64,000 nucleotides of DNA, from positions 1 through 64,000 of the IMG/VR virus record IMGVR_UViG_3300047172_000052; one strand, written 5' to 3'. A model generated the notes under the pieces. That model did no database searches. It was not told the origin of the DNA and saw only the letters and a list, made by a program, of their open reading frames with translations. Below are positions 49,201-59,418 of this stretch, piece by piece. The DNA comes from a virus. The translations under genes and the position numbers were made by a program. The stretch's first letter is position 1, and each line of letters begins with the position of its first letter.

Positions 49201-49767
49201 ATGAGCACAACCAAACGCCCCGGCCTGATCCTCACCTCCAATGGCAACCAGTTCGACGTTGCCAACCCGTCCGCAGACGATGTGGACGTGGAGGTGATCG
49301 CGCATGCGCTGTCGAATGCCTGCCGGTTCGGGAACCAGACGCGATCCTTCTACTCCGTCGCACAGCACTCGGTGATCGTCTCGGTGTTGGTGCCGGACTT
49401 CCTGGAACTGCCGGCGCTGCTGCATGATGCGACCGAGGCCTATCTGCACGACCTCCCCCGTCCAGTGAAGGCCCTGCTTCCGGAATACAAGGTTCTGGAG
49501 GCTCGTCTAGCGAGGGTGATCGCGAAGGCGTTTCAGCTTCCGAAGAACATCTTCGAGCACCCCATCATCAAGCAGATGGACAGCAAGCTCCAGGCGATGG
49601 AAGCCCAGGTTCTCATGGAGAACCCCGCTGCCGTCTACGAGTGGTGCGGCGGTCGACCGGATCAGACGATCTTCGACATCGACAACACCTTCAAGCCGAT
49701 GACACCGCTGGAATCGAAGCGGTTCTTCCTGACGCGATATGAGTGGTTGAGATGGGGGCCGCGATGA
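49201..49767 (+). CDS. HD-domain 5'-deoxynucleotidase (YfbR-like)
   Basis: IAHALS..CRF, YSVAQHS, LLHDA.EAY..D...PVK. Confidence 0.85.
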   Translation: MSTTKRPGLILTSNGNQFDVANPSADDVDVEVIAHALSNACRFGNQTRSFYSVAQHSVIVSVLVPDFLELPALLHDATEAYLHDLPRPVKALLPEYKVLEARLARVIAKAFQLPKNIFEHPIIKQMDSKLQAMEAQVLMENPAAVYEWCGGRPDQTIFDIDNTFKPMTPLESKRFFLTRYEWLRWGPR

Positions 49768-50375
49768 CAGCAATCACGACACTAGCGCCGGTAACCGATC
49801 CCGCGATGATCGGCTCGAACTTCAAGCGGCGCGAACTGGACTTCTATCCGACACCGGAATGGGTGAGCGCGGCGGTGCTGCCCACGCTGAAGGCACTCCG
49901 TCCTGACATCACCACAGCGTGGGAATGCGCCTGTGGCGATGGTGCCATGTCTGAGGTTCTGAAGGAGCAATACTTGGTATGGTCCTCGGACATCTTCAAC
50001 TACGGATACGAGGACGCAGTCCACACCGACTTCCTGGCCGTGCCGGACAATTACCACAGCAAGCGGGCGATCATCACCAACCCGCCATACGGCGATCTCG
50101 CCGAGGCGTTCATCCGCCAAGCATTGCGGCTGACCAAGCACCATCGCGGAATGGTCGCCATGCTGCTCCGGAACGAATACGACACCGCGAAGGGGCGCGT
50201 CGACCTGTTCAATCAGTATCCGTTCGCCTGCAAGCTGGTGCTCACGACGCGCCCCAGGTGGATACCAGGGACGACCGGCGCGCCGCGACATTCCTACGCT
50301 TGGTTCATCTGGGACTGGGAACACTTCAAGCCTCCGATGCTCCGTTACCATGTGCGAGGGGGTAATTCCGAATGA
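49764..50375 (+). CDS. Amino-DNA methyltransferase (probably N6-adenine)
   Basis: DFYPTP, WECACGDG, IITNPPY. Confidence 0.85.
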   Translation: MTAITTLAPVTDPAMIGSNFKRRELDFYPTPEWVSAAVLPTLKALRPDITTAWECACGDGAMSEVLKEQYLVWSSDIFNYGYEDAVHTDFLAVPDNYHSKRAIITNPPYGDLAEAFIRQALRLTKHHRGMVAMLLRNEYDTAKGRVDLFNQYPFACKLVLTTRPRWIPGTTGAPRHSYAWFIWDWEHFKPPMLRYHVRGGNSE

Positions 50376-51958
50376 CACGACTCACGCAAGCCAACATCAC
50401 GAAGGTCTATCCTGCGCTACTGAAGAAGTATGGCAGCCAGCGGGAAGTGGCCTGCGTTACAGGCGTGCCTCGCTCGACGATCCAGGAGTGGTTGAAGAAC
50501 GCAGCGGCGACGCAATTCACCTCACGCAAGCAGGCGAAGCCCGTCATCATCGCTGCACCGCGCCGGGAGACGAAGCGGTTCATATTCACGTCCGCGCAGG
50601 ACAACACCTCCGTCCACGAAGGATTCATGGACAACCTGGAGTCCTACGCCGCCTACATCGGCGCCAAACTCCATGTCGGTCGGTTCACCTACAACAAGCG
50701 CCTGTTCGAGGACAATCGGAAGGATGCAGCCAACTACTGGCATGAGCGCATACTTCCTTATGTCACCGACGACCAGTTCCACCTGGGTGACGACTTGGTC
50801 TTCTGCGGCGAGATGAATACGCTGCCGACCGCGACCGCGCCGCTGACCGGCTTCCACACCTACACGCGCCACAAGTCCGGCATCTTTCCGCACGCCAAGA
50901 TTCAGCTTGTCAGCGTTCCGACGATGATGGGCACGCGACCGAAGATCATCATGACGACGGGCGCCTGCACGCTGCCCAACTACGTGCAGCGCCGCGCCGG
51001 CATCCTAGCGGAGTTCCATCACCAGATCGGCGCCGTCATCGTCGAGATCGATCGCGACGGCGACCACTTCTGCCGGCACCTGATCGCAGAGAAGGATGGC
51101 AGCTTCCAAGACCTGACGCGCTATGTGAGCGGCGGCACCGTAGTCGACGGATGCTCGGTGCAGGCGATCACCTGGGGTGACATCCACCTGGAGAAGATGG
51201 ACCCGCAGGTGGCCTACGCGTGTTGGGGGATCGGCGCGACCGACATTGTAGGACGTGCCGACTCCATGCTTGAGGTGTTGCGCCCCCAGTTCCAGTTCTT
51301 CCACGACACAACCGACTTCACCTACCGCAACCACCACAACATCAAGGACCCGCACTTCCGCTATCAGATGTGGCAGAACAACACCGAGAGCGTGGAATAC
51401 ACGTTCATGAAGGTTCAGCGGTTCCTGATCGACACCAAGCGGGACTGGTGTCGCACGATCGTCGTCGAGAGCAACCACGACGTGGCAGTGAAGCGGTGGC
51501 TGAAGGAAGCCGACTGGCGTTTCGATCCGCCCAACGCGAAGTTCTACCTGCGCGCCCAGGCCGCGATCCTGGATGCGATCGATCGGGGTGACAGTCTCAA
51601 CGTCCTGGAATGGGCGGTGAAGAACAACGACCCTGCCGGCCTCTACGGCGTCATCTTCCTGCGCGAAGACCGGAGCTTCATGGTCGGCGACATCGAGTGC
51701 GGTCTTCACGGTCACCTCGGTGGTAACGGGGCGAAGGGATCGCCGCGTCAGTTCACCAAGATGGGGCCTAAGGCCAACACAGCGCATACGCACTCGGCTG
51801 GGATCATCGACGGCATCTTCACTGCCGGCGTCAGCGGCAAGCTGGACATGGGATACAACAAGGGCCTCTCGTCGTGGTCGCACTCGCACATCGTCGTCTA
51901 TCCGAACGGTCGAAGGACCATCGTGACGATGGCGAACGGGAAGTTCTGCGCGCTGTAG
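50372..51958 (+). CDS. T5 A1-like metallophosphoesterase / nuclease with N-terminal HTH
   Basis: FIFTSAQ.NT.VH..F, TTGA.T..NY, WGDIH, ESNHD, HGH.G.NG, HTHS, YN.G.SSW. Confidence 0.75.
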   Translation: MTRLTQANITKVYPALLKKYGSQREVACVTGVPRSTIQEWLKNAAATQFTSRKQAKPVIIAAPRRETKRFIFTSAQDNTSVHEGFMDNLESYAAYIGAKLHVGRFTYNKRLFEDNRKDAANYWHERILPYVTDDQFHLGDDLVFCGEMNTLPTATAPLTGFHTYTRHKSGIFPHAKIQLVSVPTMMGTRPKIIMTTGACTLPNYVQRRAGILAEFHHQIGAVIVEIDRDGDHFCRHLIAEKDGSFQDLTRYVSGGTVVDGCSVQAITWGDIHLEKMDPQVAYACWGIGATDIVGRADSMLEVLRPQFQFFHDTTDFTYRNHHNIKDPHFRYQMWQNNTESVEYTFMKVQRFLIDTKRDWCRTIVVESNHDVAVKRWLKEADWRFDPPNAKFYLRAQAAILDAIDRGDSLNVLEWAVKNNDPAGLYGVIFLREDRSFMVGDIECGLHGHLGGNGAKGSPRQFTKMGPKANTAHTHSAGIIDGIFTAGVSGKLDMGYNKGLSSWSHSHIVVYPNGRRTIVTMANGKFCAL

Positions 51959-51974
51959 GGTAAGGGAGACTGAC

Positions 51975-52277
51975 GTGCGTGAGAAGAAGAGACCAAATCG
52001 ATCGGTCGAAGGCGTAGCCCATCGAAGTCTGTCCGATCAAATGCGCCGGCAGCAAGTCCAGGTGGCGATGCCCATCTGGGCCGACCGAGACCTCATGGTG
52101 GAGAAGTTCATCGAGGCCGTCGCCAAGACACGCATCACCGGCATCCCTCATGAGGTGGATCACATCGTGCCATTGAAGGGTAAGAACGTGAGCGGTCTTC
52201 ATGTGCATCACAATCTGCAGGTGCTCACGAAGCGGGAGAATCAGAGGAAGACGAACCGGTTCGAGGCGATGGCTTGA
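51975..52277 (+). CDS. HNH endonuclease
   Basis: HEVDHIVPL.G..VSGLHV..NLQ......N..K.N. Confidence 0.85.
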   Translation: MREKKRPNRSVEGVAHRSLSDQMRRQQVQVAMPIWADRDLMVEKFIEAVAKTRITGIPHEVDHIVPLKGKNVSGLHVHHNLQVLTKRENQRKTNRFEAMA

Positions 52278-54367
52278 CCATTCCTCGCATCCGCACCGCC
52301 ATATTTGATGTGGAAACCAATGGGCTGCTGCCCACGCTGAATCGCATCCATTGTCTCGGCATCCGAGACTACGATCGCCGTGTCACCCACCGCTTCCGGC
52401 GCAACGACGTGATGGACAACATCATCGAAGGCGTCGAGCTTCTCGAAGACGCCGAGATGGTGGTGGGGCACAACATCCTGCACTTCGACATCCAGGCGAT
52501 CGACAAGTGCTACGAGGACTTCACGCTGCGCGGCAAGATCATGGACACGCTGCCCATGTGCCGCATGGTCTTCGCGAACCAGAAGGACAAGGACTTCCGC
52601 CTGTTCGAGAAGGGGAAACTGCCCGGCAAGCTGATCGGCTCGCACACCCTCGGCGCCTGGGGTCACCGGCTCGGGCTGAACAAGGGCGACTACAAGGACG
52701 TGATGGAGGCCAAGGCCAAGGAACTAGGCATCACGGACGAGGAGGAGATCGCCAAGTTCGTCTGGGGCCAATGGAGCATGGACATGGAGGACTACATGGT
52801 CCTCGACGTCGACGTGAACGTGCTCCTCTATGAGCGCATCCTGCGTGAGAACTGGGCGCCATCCTCCACCCAGCTAGAGCATGCCATCCATGACCTGATG
52901 GGGCAGCAGGAGCGCAACGGCATCGACTTCGACGTTCCCGCTGCCACAGCCCTTGCAGACCACCTGCAAGCAGAAGCCTCACGCCTGTCGGACGAAGCCG
53001 TCAAGCATTTCGGCAAGTGGTGGAAGCCGGCAAAGAAGCATCAGGTCAAAGCCTTGTGGGACGACCCCGAGGGCAAGAACAAGGCGAAGACCTACGCCGC
53101 GCCGCGCGCCGAGTTCGGCGAGGACATGAGCCGCGCCGTGTGGGGAGAGGTCACGGTCCCGAAGAAGCGGATGGTCTTCAAGGACGTCCTGAAGGGCACA
53201 CGCGACCCGGAGGCGCCATACTGCGCGATCACCCTGGCGGAGTTCAACCCCAACTCCAGGCCGCAGATCATCGATCGCTTCACGACGGTCTACGGGTGGA
53301 ACCCGGTCGACTTCACAGAGACCGGCAACCCTGAGGTCAGCGACTCCGTCCTGCGCACGCTGATCGGTCACATCCCGATGGCGGAGGAACTGGCGGAGGT
53401 CTTCTACTACAAGAAGCGCCTGGGGATGATCCGCGACGGCGCCAACGCGTGGCTGAAGCTGGCGCAGGACGGCAAGATTCACGCCTACGTCAACGTCGGA
53501 GGCACGATATCGGGACGCGCCAGCCATGTCAGCCCGAACCTTGCGCAGGTCCCCAAGGTCAAGAGCAGAAAGGTCAAGCAGACCGACGACACTTTCAAGA
53601 CAGTCATCCTGAAAGGGCGCGAAGGCTTCCACGGCTGGGAGTGCCGCAGCCTCTTCTACGTCCCTCAGATCATCAAGGACTTGCGCTGGATGATGACAGG
53701 CATCGACCTGTCAGGCATCGAGCTACGCTGCCTTGGCGAGGCCCTGAGGCCCTTCGACAACGGCGCCTATGCTGAGATCGTCCTGAACGGCGACATCCAT
53801 ACCCACAACATGGTCATGGCTGGCCTGGACAACCGCGACAAGGCCAAGACGTTCATCTATGCGCTGGTCTACGGTGGTGGCGACACGAAGCTCGGCTCGA
53901 TCATCAACCCGCTGGCTTCCGAGGAGGAGCAGGCGAGGATCGGGGCCATGCTTCGCGACCGGTTCATGGCTGGTATTCCAGCTTTCGCCGCCCTGATGAA
54001 GCAGATCAAGCGGTGGGCGAAGCGGGGCTACATGCCGGGGCTGGATGGGCGCAAGCTCTACATCCGTTCGCCGCATAGTGCCCTGAACACCAAACTCCAG
54101 TCCGAGGCGGCGCTGATCGCCAAGAAGTGGTGCCTCCTCACCGAGGACTATCTGCTGGACTCCGGCTACAAACACGGCTGGGACGGCGACTTCGCCGCCC
54201 TGCTGTGGGTCCATGACGAGCAGCAGTATGCAAGTCGCGAAGAACTGGCGCCGATCGTCGCCCAGTGCGCCATCACGGCGGCGGCGGATGCAGGCAAGTT
54301 CTTCGGTTACCTGACGCCCGTAGCCGCCGAGGCGAAGCACGGCAACAACTGGGCCGAAACGCATTAG
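52274..54367 (+). CDS. T7-like family A DNA polymerase with 3'-5' exonuclease
   Basis: FDVETNG, GHNI..FD, FNP.SR, PNLAQVP, motif A D.SG.ELR, motif B KTFIYALVYG, motif C VHDE. Confidence 0.96.
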   Translation: MTIPRIRTAIFDVETNGLLPTLNRIHCLGIRDYDRRVTHRFRRNDVMDNIIEGVELLEDAEMVVGHNILHFDIQAIDKCYEDFTLRGKIMDTLPMCRMVFANQKDKDFRLFEKGKLPGKLIGSHTLGAWGHRLGLNKGDYKDVMEAKAKELGITDEEEIAKFVWGQWSMDMEDYMVLDVDVNVLLYERILRENWAPSSTQLEHAIHDLMGQQERNGIDFDVPAATALADHLQAEASRLSDEAVKHFGKWWKPAKKHQVKALWDDPEGKNKAKTYAAPRAEFGEDMSRAVWGEVTVPKKRMVFKDVLKGTRDPEAPYCAITLAEFNPNSRPQIIDRFTTVYGWNPVDFTETGNPEVSDSVLRTLIGHIPMAEELAEVFYYKKRLGMIRDGANAWLKLAQDGKIHAYVNVGGTISGRASHVSPNLAQVPKVKSRKVKQTDDTFKTVILKGREGFHGWECRSLFYVPQIIKDLRWMMTGIDLSGIELRCLGEALRPFDNGAYAEIVLNGDIHTHNMVMAGLDNRDKAKTFIYALVYGGGDTKLGSIINPLASEEEQARIGAMLRDRFMAGIPAFAALMKQIKRWAKRGYMPGLDGRKLYIRSPHSALNTKLQSEAALIAKKWCLLTEDYLLDSGYKHGWDGDFAALLWVHDEQQYASREELAPIVAQCAITAAADAGKFFGYLTPVAAEAKHGNNWAETH

Positions 54368-54438
54368 TATGCGCGTAATTCTGGTTGACACGCGACGTTC
54401 TGACGTGCTTGAACGTCATTCATACTGACGAGGTGCCT

Positions 54439-54708
54439 ATGGCAAAGACCCCAACGCTGAGCATTCCTTTCGGGTGTTTCGTCCTATCGACGACCTTTGC
54501 CTTATGCAAGTCACGAGGCATTGTGGATTGGTCATGGTGGCTGATTGCTTCTCCGCTGCTCTTCCTGGTCGCCACCTACTACCTGATCACCGTCGTCGAC
54601 GTAGGCGTTCGCTCGGCCTTGGAGAAGGCTGTCATCACGCAAGAGGTGTTGCTGCTACCCGATCCTGAAGTCGTGCCGCCGGAAGCCGACAAGACGGGCG
54701 AGCCGTGA
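54439..54708 (+). CDS. Small membrane protein (WSWW family)
   Basis: gagg RBS; two hydrophobic segments around G.VDWSWWLI.SP. Confidence 0.6.
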   Translation: MAKTPTLSIPFGCFVLSTTFALCKSRGIVDWSWWLIASPLLFLVATYYLITVVDVGVRSALEKAVITQEVLLLPDPEVVPPEADKTGEP

Positions 54709-55295
54709 CCAACGTCATCCTCTTCGACACCGAGACGACCGGCAAGCTCGCCCACCAGGAGCGGTCGACATCGGAGGCTCAGCCTTCCCTGGTGCAGCTT
54801 GCAGCGCGCCTGGAGGACTTCGACACCTCCGAGCCCCTGGCGGAGATCAACCTGATCATCCAGCCGGCGGGATGGACGATCCCCGCCGAAGCGAGCGCGA
54901 TCCACGGCATCTCTCACGCCAAAGCCATGGACTGTGGCGTCACTCTGGCGAACGCGTGCTTCCTATTCCGCGACCTGATGTCAGCCGCAACTATCGCCGT
55001 CGCCCACAACATCGACTTCGATCGCACAATCATGCAGCGGGCGTTCTTCATGGCGGAGGTTCCGGAGATCGACTGGAACCGACTGTCCAACGTCTGCACG
55101 ATGAAGGCAGCGACTCCCATCGTGAAGATCAAGCACCAGCGTCCGAAACATCCAAACGATTTCAAGTGGCCCAAGCTGGAGGAGTGCATACGTCACTTCT
55201 TCAATGAGCCCCTGAACGGTGCCCACGACGCTCTGATCGACGTGCGAGCCTGTGGTCGCGTCTACCGCGAACTGCTGAAGCTGGGAGTGGTGTGA
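54705..55295 (+). CDS. DnaQ-like DEDDh 3'-5' exonuclease
   Basis: FDTETTG, IHGI, AHN..FD, CTM, AHDA..DV. Confidence 0.9.
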   Translation: MTNVILFDTETTGKLAHQERSTSEAQPSLVQLAARLEDFDTSEPLAEINLIIQPAGWTIPAEASAIHGISHAKAMDCGVTLANACFLFRDLMSAATIAVAHNIDFDRTIMQRAFFMAEVPEIDWNRLSNVCTMKAATPIVKIKHQRPKHPNDFKWPKLEECIRHFFNEPLNGAHDALIDVRACGRVYRELLKLGVV

Positions 55296-55573
55296 TGGCA
55301 AGTCCCCGCGTCGAATTCTGGGATGTCTACGTTTCAGGTGACAAGGGCTCGCAGGAACTTCTGGAGATGCTTATGCGCAAGGGCGTCTCCCATCGTGTCC
55401 ATGACATCCGGCGTCTCGACGAAGATGGGCAGCGCAGTGCCCTACGGACTCTCCTGGAACTGCGTCTCAACACCGTTCCGCAAGTCTTCGCCGATGACGG
55501 CACGTATGTCGGTGATTTCGACATCGTCTACGGCGCCCTTTCCCGTCTCGCAACCCTTCATGTTTTGAGGTGA
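55292..55573 (+). CDS. Glutaredoxin-like protein lacking CxxC
   Basis: TVPQVF...G.YVG.F glutaredoxin signature; no cysteines. Confidence 0.55.
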   Translation: MMASPRVEFWDVYVSGDKGSQELLEMLMRKGVSHRVHDIRRLDEDGQRSALRTLLELRLNTVPQVFADDGTYVGDFDIVYGALSRLATLHVLR

Positions 55574-55577
55574 CCGC

Positions 55578-55934
55578 ATGCCCAGTCTGAAAGACCACGC
55601 TCTGTCCTCCGCCATGGGCTGGAGGGGTTCCCCTGCTCTGTTCGCCGCGACTGCTGCGATGCTGGCGGGTGAGCAGACCGAGAACGCTGAGACGCTGGAG
55701 GCGCTGAAGGAATCAGCCGTCACGCAAACCGTCGTCCAGGCGGGGTCATTCGGCGAGGCGTTCGCCAAACTCCAGGCGCGTCCGCGCAAGTTCATCGCCG
55801 GCAGGAGCGTCGAGAAGGCGATCCGCAAGCACCAGCCGTTCGGCTCCTGGATCGCCATCGTCGTGAAAGACGGCCTGCGCTACGCGCTGCATGCCACGAA
55901 GGGGTGGCGTGTGATCGGGAAGGAGCACGCCTGA
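55578..55934 (+). CDS. Hypothetical protein
   Basis: gaggtg RBS; LHATKGWR motif. Confidence 0.6.
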   Translation: MPSLKDHALSSAMGWRGSPALFAATAAMLAGEQTENAETLEALKESAVTQTVVQAGSFGEAFAKLQARPRKFIAGRSVEKAIRKHQPFGSWIAIVVKDGLRYALHATKGWRVIGKEHA

Positions 55935-55935
55935 C

Positions 55936-57027
55936 ATGCAACTAGACTTCGACACCATCTTCCAGGAATACATCGACTCCAACAAGAAGGATTGGAAGCA
56001 CGACCGGCGCGATACGGTCGGCGCCAGCGAGGTGTTCGACTGCCTGCGCAAGGTTTTCTTCCGCAAGCGATCGAAGGACCTTGTGAAGGAGGGCGCCCCG
56101 CTCTACCCGACCGATCCCGACTACGATCCTTCCTGGGGCGCCACGGAGCGCGGCAACATCATCGAAGAGCATTTCGTCGTGCCAGCGGTGCGCGACAACA
56201 TGCCAGGAACCGCGAAGCTCCTGATGGCAGGCAAGGCGCAGAAAACGCTCTTCCACGGAAGGAACAGCGGCACGCCGGACGGCCTGATCGTCGGGCTGGA
56301 GCGCGACGCCCTGGCGAAATACGGCATCGACGACATCGGCTCCGACTGCATCGTGCTGGAGATCAAGTCAATCGATCCTCGCGTCAACCTGCGAGAGGAG
56401 AAGGACATCCACCACGGTCAGACGCAGGCGCAGATGGGCATGATCCGGCAGTTGACGGAATACAAGCCGAACTATTCGATCGTGCTCTACATCGACGCCA
56501 GCTTCCTCGACAACCGCAAGGTGTTCGTCGTCCCCTTCGACGCGCATGCCTGGGGTGTTGCACAGAAGCGAGCAAACCGTGTGTGGGAGACCAAAGACCC
56601 CGCAGACATCATGGCGGAAGGCAAACTCGACGGCGGCTGCGAGCACTGTGAATACCAGAACGCCTGCGCCTTGGTGACGATCGGCTCCATCCCACCGGAT
56701 CGTCTGAAGGAGATGGAGGAGCAAGACGTCGAAGCTGTCGAGCCGTTCATCGACGACTGGGATCGGCTGAAGAACGCATCCGATGAAGCTGCGGCGGCGT
56801 TCGAGGAGCACAAGCTGAAGCTGAAGGAAGCCCTGAAGGGGCTCAACTCCAGGAAGATCGCCAAGAAGGACGGCAAGAAGAGCCTCTGGTCAGTCTCCTG
56901 GTATTCCCAGAACGGGAAGAAGTCGATCGATGTGAAGCGTCTCGTGGAGGAGAACGGTATCGATGCCACTCCCTACGAGAAGACCGGCGATCCGTTCGAC
57001 GTTCTGCGCGTAACTATTTCTGACTAG
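55936..57027 (+). CDS. Cas4-like PD-(D/E)XK exonuclease
   Basis: ASE...C.RK, TPDG, LEIKS, Q.Q, CEHC.Y...C (four-Cys cluster pattern). Confidence 0.8.
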   Translation: MQLDFDTIFQEYIDSNKKDWKHDRRDTVGASEVFDCLRKVFFRKRSKDLVKEGAPLYPTDPDYDPSWGATERGNIIEEHFVVPAVRDNMPGTAKLLMAGKAQKTLFHGRNSGTPDGLIVGLERDALAKYGIDDIGSDCIVLEIKSIDPRVNLREEKDIHHGQTQAQMGMIRQLTEYKPNYSIVLYIDASFLDNRKVFVVPFDAHAWGVAQKRANRVWETKDPADIMAEGKLDGGCEHCEYQNACALVTIGSIPPDRLKEMEEQDVEAVEPFIDDWDRLKNASDEAAAAFEEHKLKLKEALKGLNSRKIAKKDGKKSLWSVSWYSQNGKKSIDVKRLVEENGIDATPYEKTGDPFDVLRVTISD

Positions 57028-57108
57028 GCGCGCGTTTTCCGTTGACAGCGTGGCTTACCCTCGTTAGTTAGAATGTCACATGACCGATGGAGACTGGGAG
57101 ATGAAGAA

Positions 57109-57912
57109 ATGAGCGAAGTAGCAACGACGACGACCGGAGGTGCCCTCGGCGCCTACGGTGGTGCCGATCCCTTTGCCGCTGCGGCGGCGGCGCTCGGTGC
57201 CGGTGAAGGCAACTTCCTGAAGTTCAATGGCAACACCGGGGACTTCACCTACGGGCAGAAGGACGAGGAACTGCCGCACGGCACACAGCTTGCCGCCGAC
57301 ATGCTGAACTTCGCACGGGGCTGGATTTGCTGGAAGGACGGCGAGGTCGAGGACGAGATCATGGTCCCGATCCTCAAGGGGGAACCGCCCCTGGAGCACA
57401 CGCTGCCGGACCACGGTCCCTACGAGAAGCATGACGACGGCAGCGAGGACGGCTGGGCCGAACAGGCCAAGATCGGCCTGCGCGACGTAGAGACCGGCGA
57501 GACCTACCTCTACAAGACGACCAGCAAGTCGGGTCGCCGTGCCCTCGGCCAACTCCTGAAGGACTTTTCCAAGCTGCACCGGATGCACCCCGGCGAGACG
57601 CCGGTCGTGGAGATCAGCGGGCAATCCTACACCCCGAAGGACAAGAAGCTCGGCAAGAAGTTCGCGCCGATCTTCAAGATCGTAGGCTGGATGAACGATG
57701 CCGATCTGGCCCAACTCGACGAAGGTTCGGACGCGCCGGAGACCGCGAAGGGCGGCGCCGATGATCCGGCGAACTACGAGCAGCAGCAGCAGCAGCCGGC
57801 GGCGACGGAGACCACAGCAACGGCGGCGGCGTCGCGTGAACGCACCGAGACCCCCACGACCCAGCCAACGGACGCACCGGCAGCAGCCGGGCGACGCGCC
57901 AAGCGTTTCTGA
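57109..57912 (+). CDS. Putative ssDNA-binding / annealing protein
   Basis: LKF....G.F..G, GWICW.DG, P.F.IVGW; acidic disordered tail; lies between exonuclease and helicase. Confidence 0.6.
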   Translation: MSEVATTTTGGALGAYGGADPFAAAAAALGAGEGNFLKFNGNTGDFTYGQKDEELPHGTQLAADMLNFARGWICWKDGEVEDEIMVPILKGEPPLEHTLPDHGPYEKHDDGSEDGWAEQAKIGLRDVETGETYLYKTTSKSGRRALGQLLKDFSKLHRMHPGETPVVEISGQSYTPKDKKLGKKFAPIFKIVGWMNDADLAQLDEGSDAPETAKGGADDPANYEQQQQQPAATETTATAAASRERTETPTTQPTDAPAAAGRRAKRF

Positions 57913-57932
57913 TCCGACGAACGGCTGGGCTT

Positions 57933-57990
57933 ACCCTCCTCTCAGGCGCTTTGGCTGTCTCAGTGCCTGGGGGGAGGGTCTCCTTCTCTA
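57933..57990 (+). terminator. Strong hairpin, putative terminator or processing site
   Basis: accctcctctcaggcgct / agtgcctggggggagggt followed by a pyrimidine run. Confidence 0.45.
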
Positions 57991-58019
57991 CTTCAAAATG
58001 CCTTGAAAGGTAACGCCAC

Positions 58020-59393
58020 ATGGCGCTTCCCGTCTTGTCACCGATGCAGCACCAAGCCGTCAAAGCAACGCACGACTGGTTCGTGAACGGCGGCGCACGT
58101 CAGGTCGGGACTGACAATGCCAGGGAATTCCTTCTCGGTGGCTACGCTGGAAGTGGCAAGTCGACGATCCTGCCGGTGATCGTGGACGACCTCGGCGTCG
58201 ACCCCAGCTACATCGAGTTCTGTGCGCCGACCGGGAAGGCCGCGAAGGTCATGACCGAGAAGCTGAAGGCCTACGGCATCGGCAAGCGCGCAAGGACGAT
58301 CCATTCCCTAATCTATCGCCCCAAGCCACTGCGCGCCGAGGTGCTGGAGAAGAACCTGTCCGACCTGAAAGGTCAGCGTGACGCGGTTCTGCAGCGCCTC
58401 CACGAGGACGGCGTGGGCAGCGACTGGCAGAAGGACGAACGTCTGATCGAGATCGATCGCGCCATCAAGATCACCGAGAAGGACCTGGACAAGGCCTACG
58501 ACCACAGCGAAGGGCCGAAGTTCCAGTTGAACCCAGATGGCGATGCCAGCAAGGCGCGTCTGATCGTCATCGATGAGATTTCCATGGTCGGCGAGGCCGT
58601 CGCGGACGACCTGCGCAGCTTCGGCGTTCCTCTGTTCGGCATGGGCGATCCTGGTCAGCTTCCGCCTGTCGGCGATCAGCCCGGCTTTCTGAACCGTGAC
58701 CCGGACTTCTTCCTGTCCGAGATTCACCGGCAGGCGGCGGACAACCCCATCATTCGCATCGCCAACATGCTGCGCAACGGTGAGAGCTTGAAGGTCGGGA
58801 ACTATGCTGGCCCGACGCAAGACGACTGGGTGCATGTTGTCGATCGCATGCGCGACACAGCGACCTACGACCTGGACCGGGATGCACAACTGATCGTCGG
58901 CACGCATCGCAAGCGGTGGTTCATCACCGACAAGCTGCGCCAGCGTCTCGGCTACAAGTCGACAGGGCCGGTTGCCGGCGAGCCGCTGCTGATATGCAAG
59001 AACAGCCGCACGGTCCCCGACTTGGTCAACGGCACCTTCGTGGAATGCCTGGAAGACGTCGGCTACCTGAAGGATGGCAAGGCGACAGTCCCGATCTCGA
59101 TCCGCGACGAACTTGGAGCGGCACGGACGGTGATCGCCTGTCAGGGGCTGCTGGAGGAGCACGTCCTTCGCCGGAAGAATGCCGCCACGGCGCCGAAGAG
59201 CCTCGCCTTCAAGGCGCGCATCGAGGCGGAGCACGTCGACTGGGGCTGGGCGATCACCTGCCACAAGTCGCAGGGATCGCAGTGGGACGAGGTGATCGTC
59301 CACGACGAGTCCGGCGTGTTCGGCGAGGACGCTGCGAAGTGGGCCTACACCGCTGCGACCCGCGCCGCGCGCCGTCTGACGATCGTGGTTTGA
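58020..59393 (+). CDS. RecD/Dda-like SF1B DNA helicase
   Basis: GYAGSGKS, APTGKAA, DEISMV, GDPGQLPPV, HRQ, AITCHKSQGS, YTA.TRA. Confidence 0.92.
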   Translation: MALPVLSPMQHQAVKATHDWFVNGGARQVGTDNAREFLLGGYAGSGKSTILPVIVDDLGVDPSYIEFCAPTGKAAKVMTEKLKAYGIGKRARTIHSLIYRPKPLRAEVLEKNLSDLKGQRDAVLQRLHEDGVGSDWQKDERLIEIDRAIKITEKDLDKAYDHSEGPKFQLNPDGDASKARLIVIDEISMVGEAVADDLRSFGVPLFGMGDPGQLPPVGDQPGFLNRDPDFFLSEIHRQAADNPIIRIANMLRNGESLKVGNYAGPTQDDWVHVVDRMRDTATYDLDRDAQLIVGTHRKRWFITDKLRQRLGYKSTGPVAGEPLLICKNSRTVPDLVNGTFVECLEDVGYLKDGKATVPISIRDELGAARTVIACQGLLEEHVLRRKNAATAPKSLAFKARIEAEHVDWGWAITCHKSQGSQWDEVIVHDESGVFGEDAAKWAYTAATRAARRLTIVV

Positions 59394-59418
59394 CCTTAGG
59401 CGTAAGGAAAACTGACGC

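Noticed and set aside
55936-57027. CRISPR-Cas adaptation gene
   Set aside because: Solo Cas4-like nuclease in a replication/recombination block, as is common in phages
57781-57795. (CAG)5 repeat, and the GTC run near 35531
   Set aside because: Simply encode poly-Gln and poly-Asp in low-complexity tails
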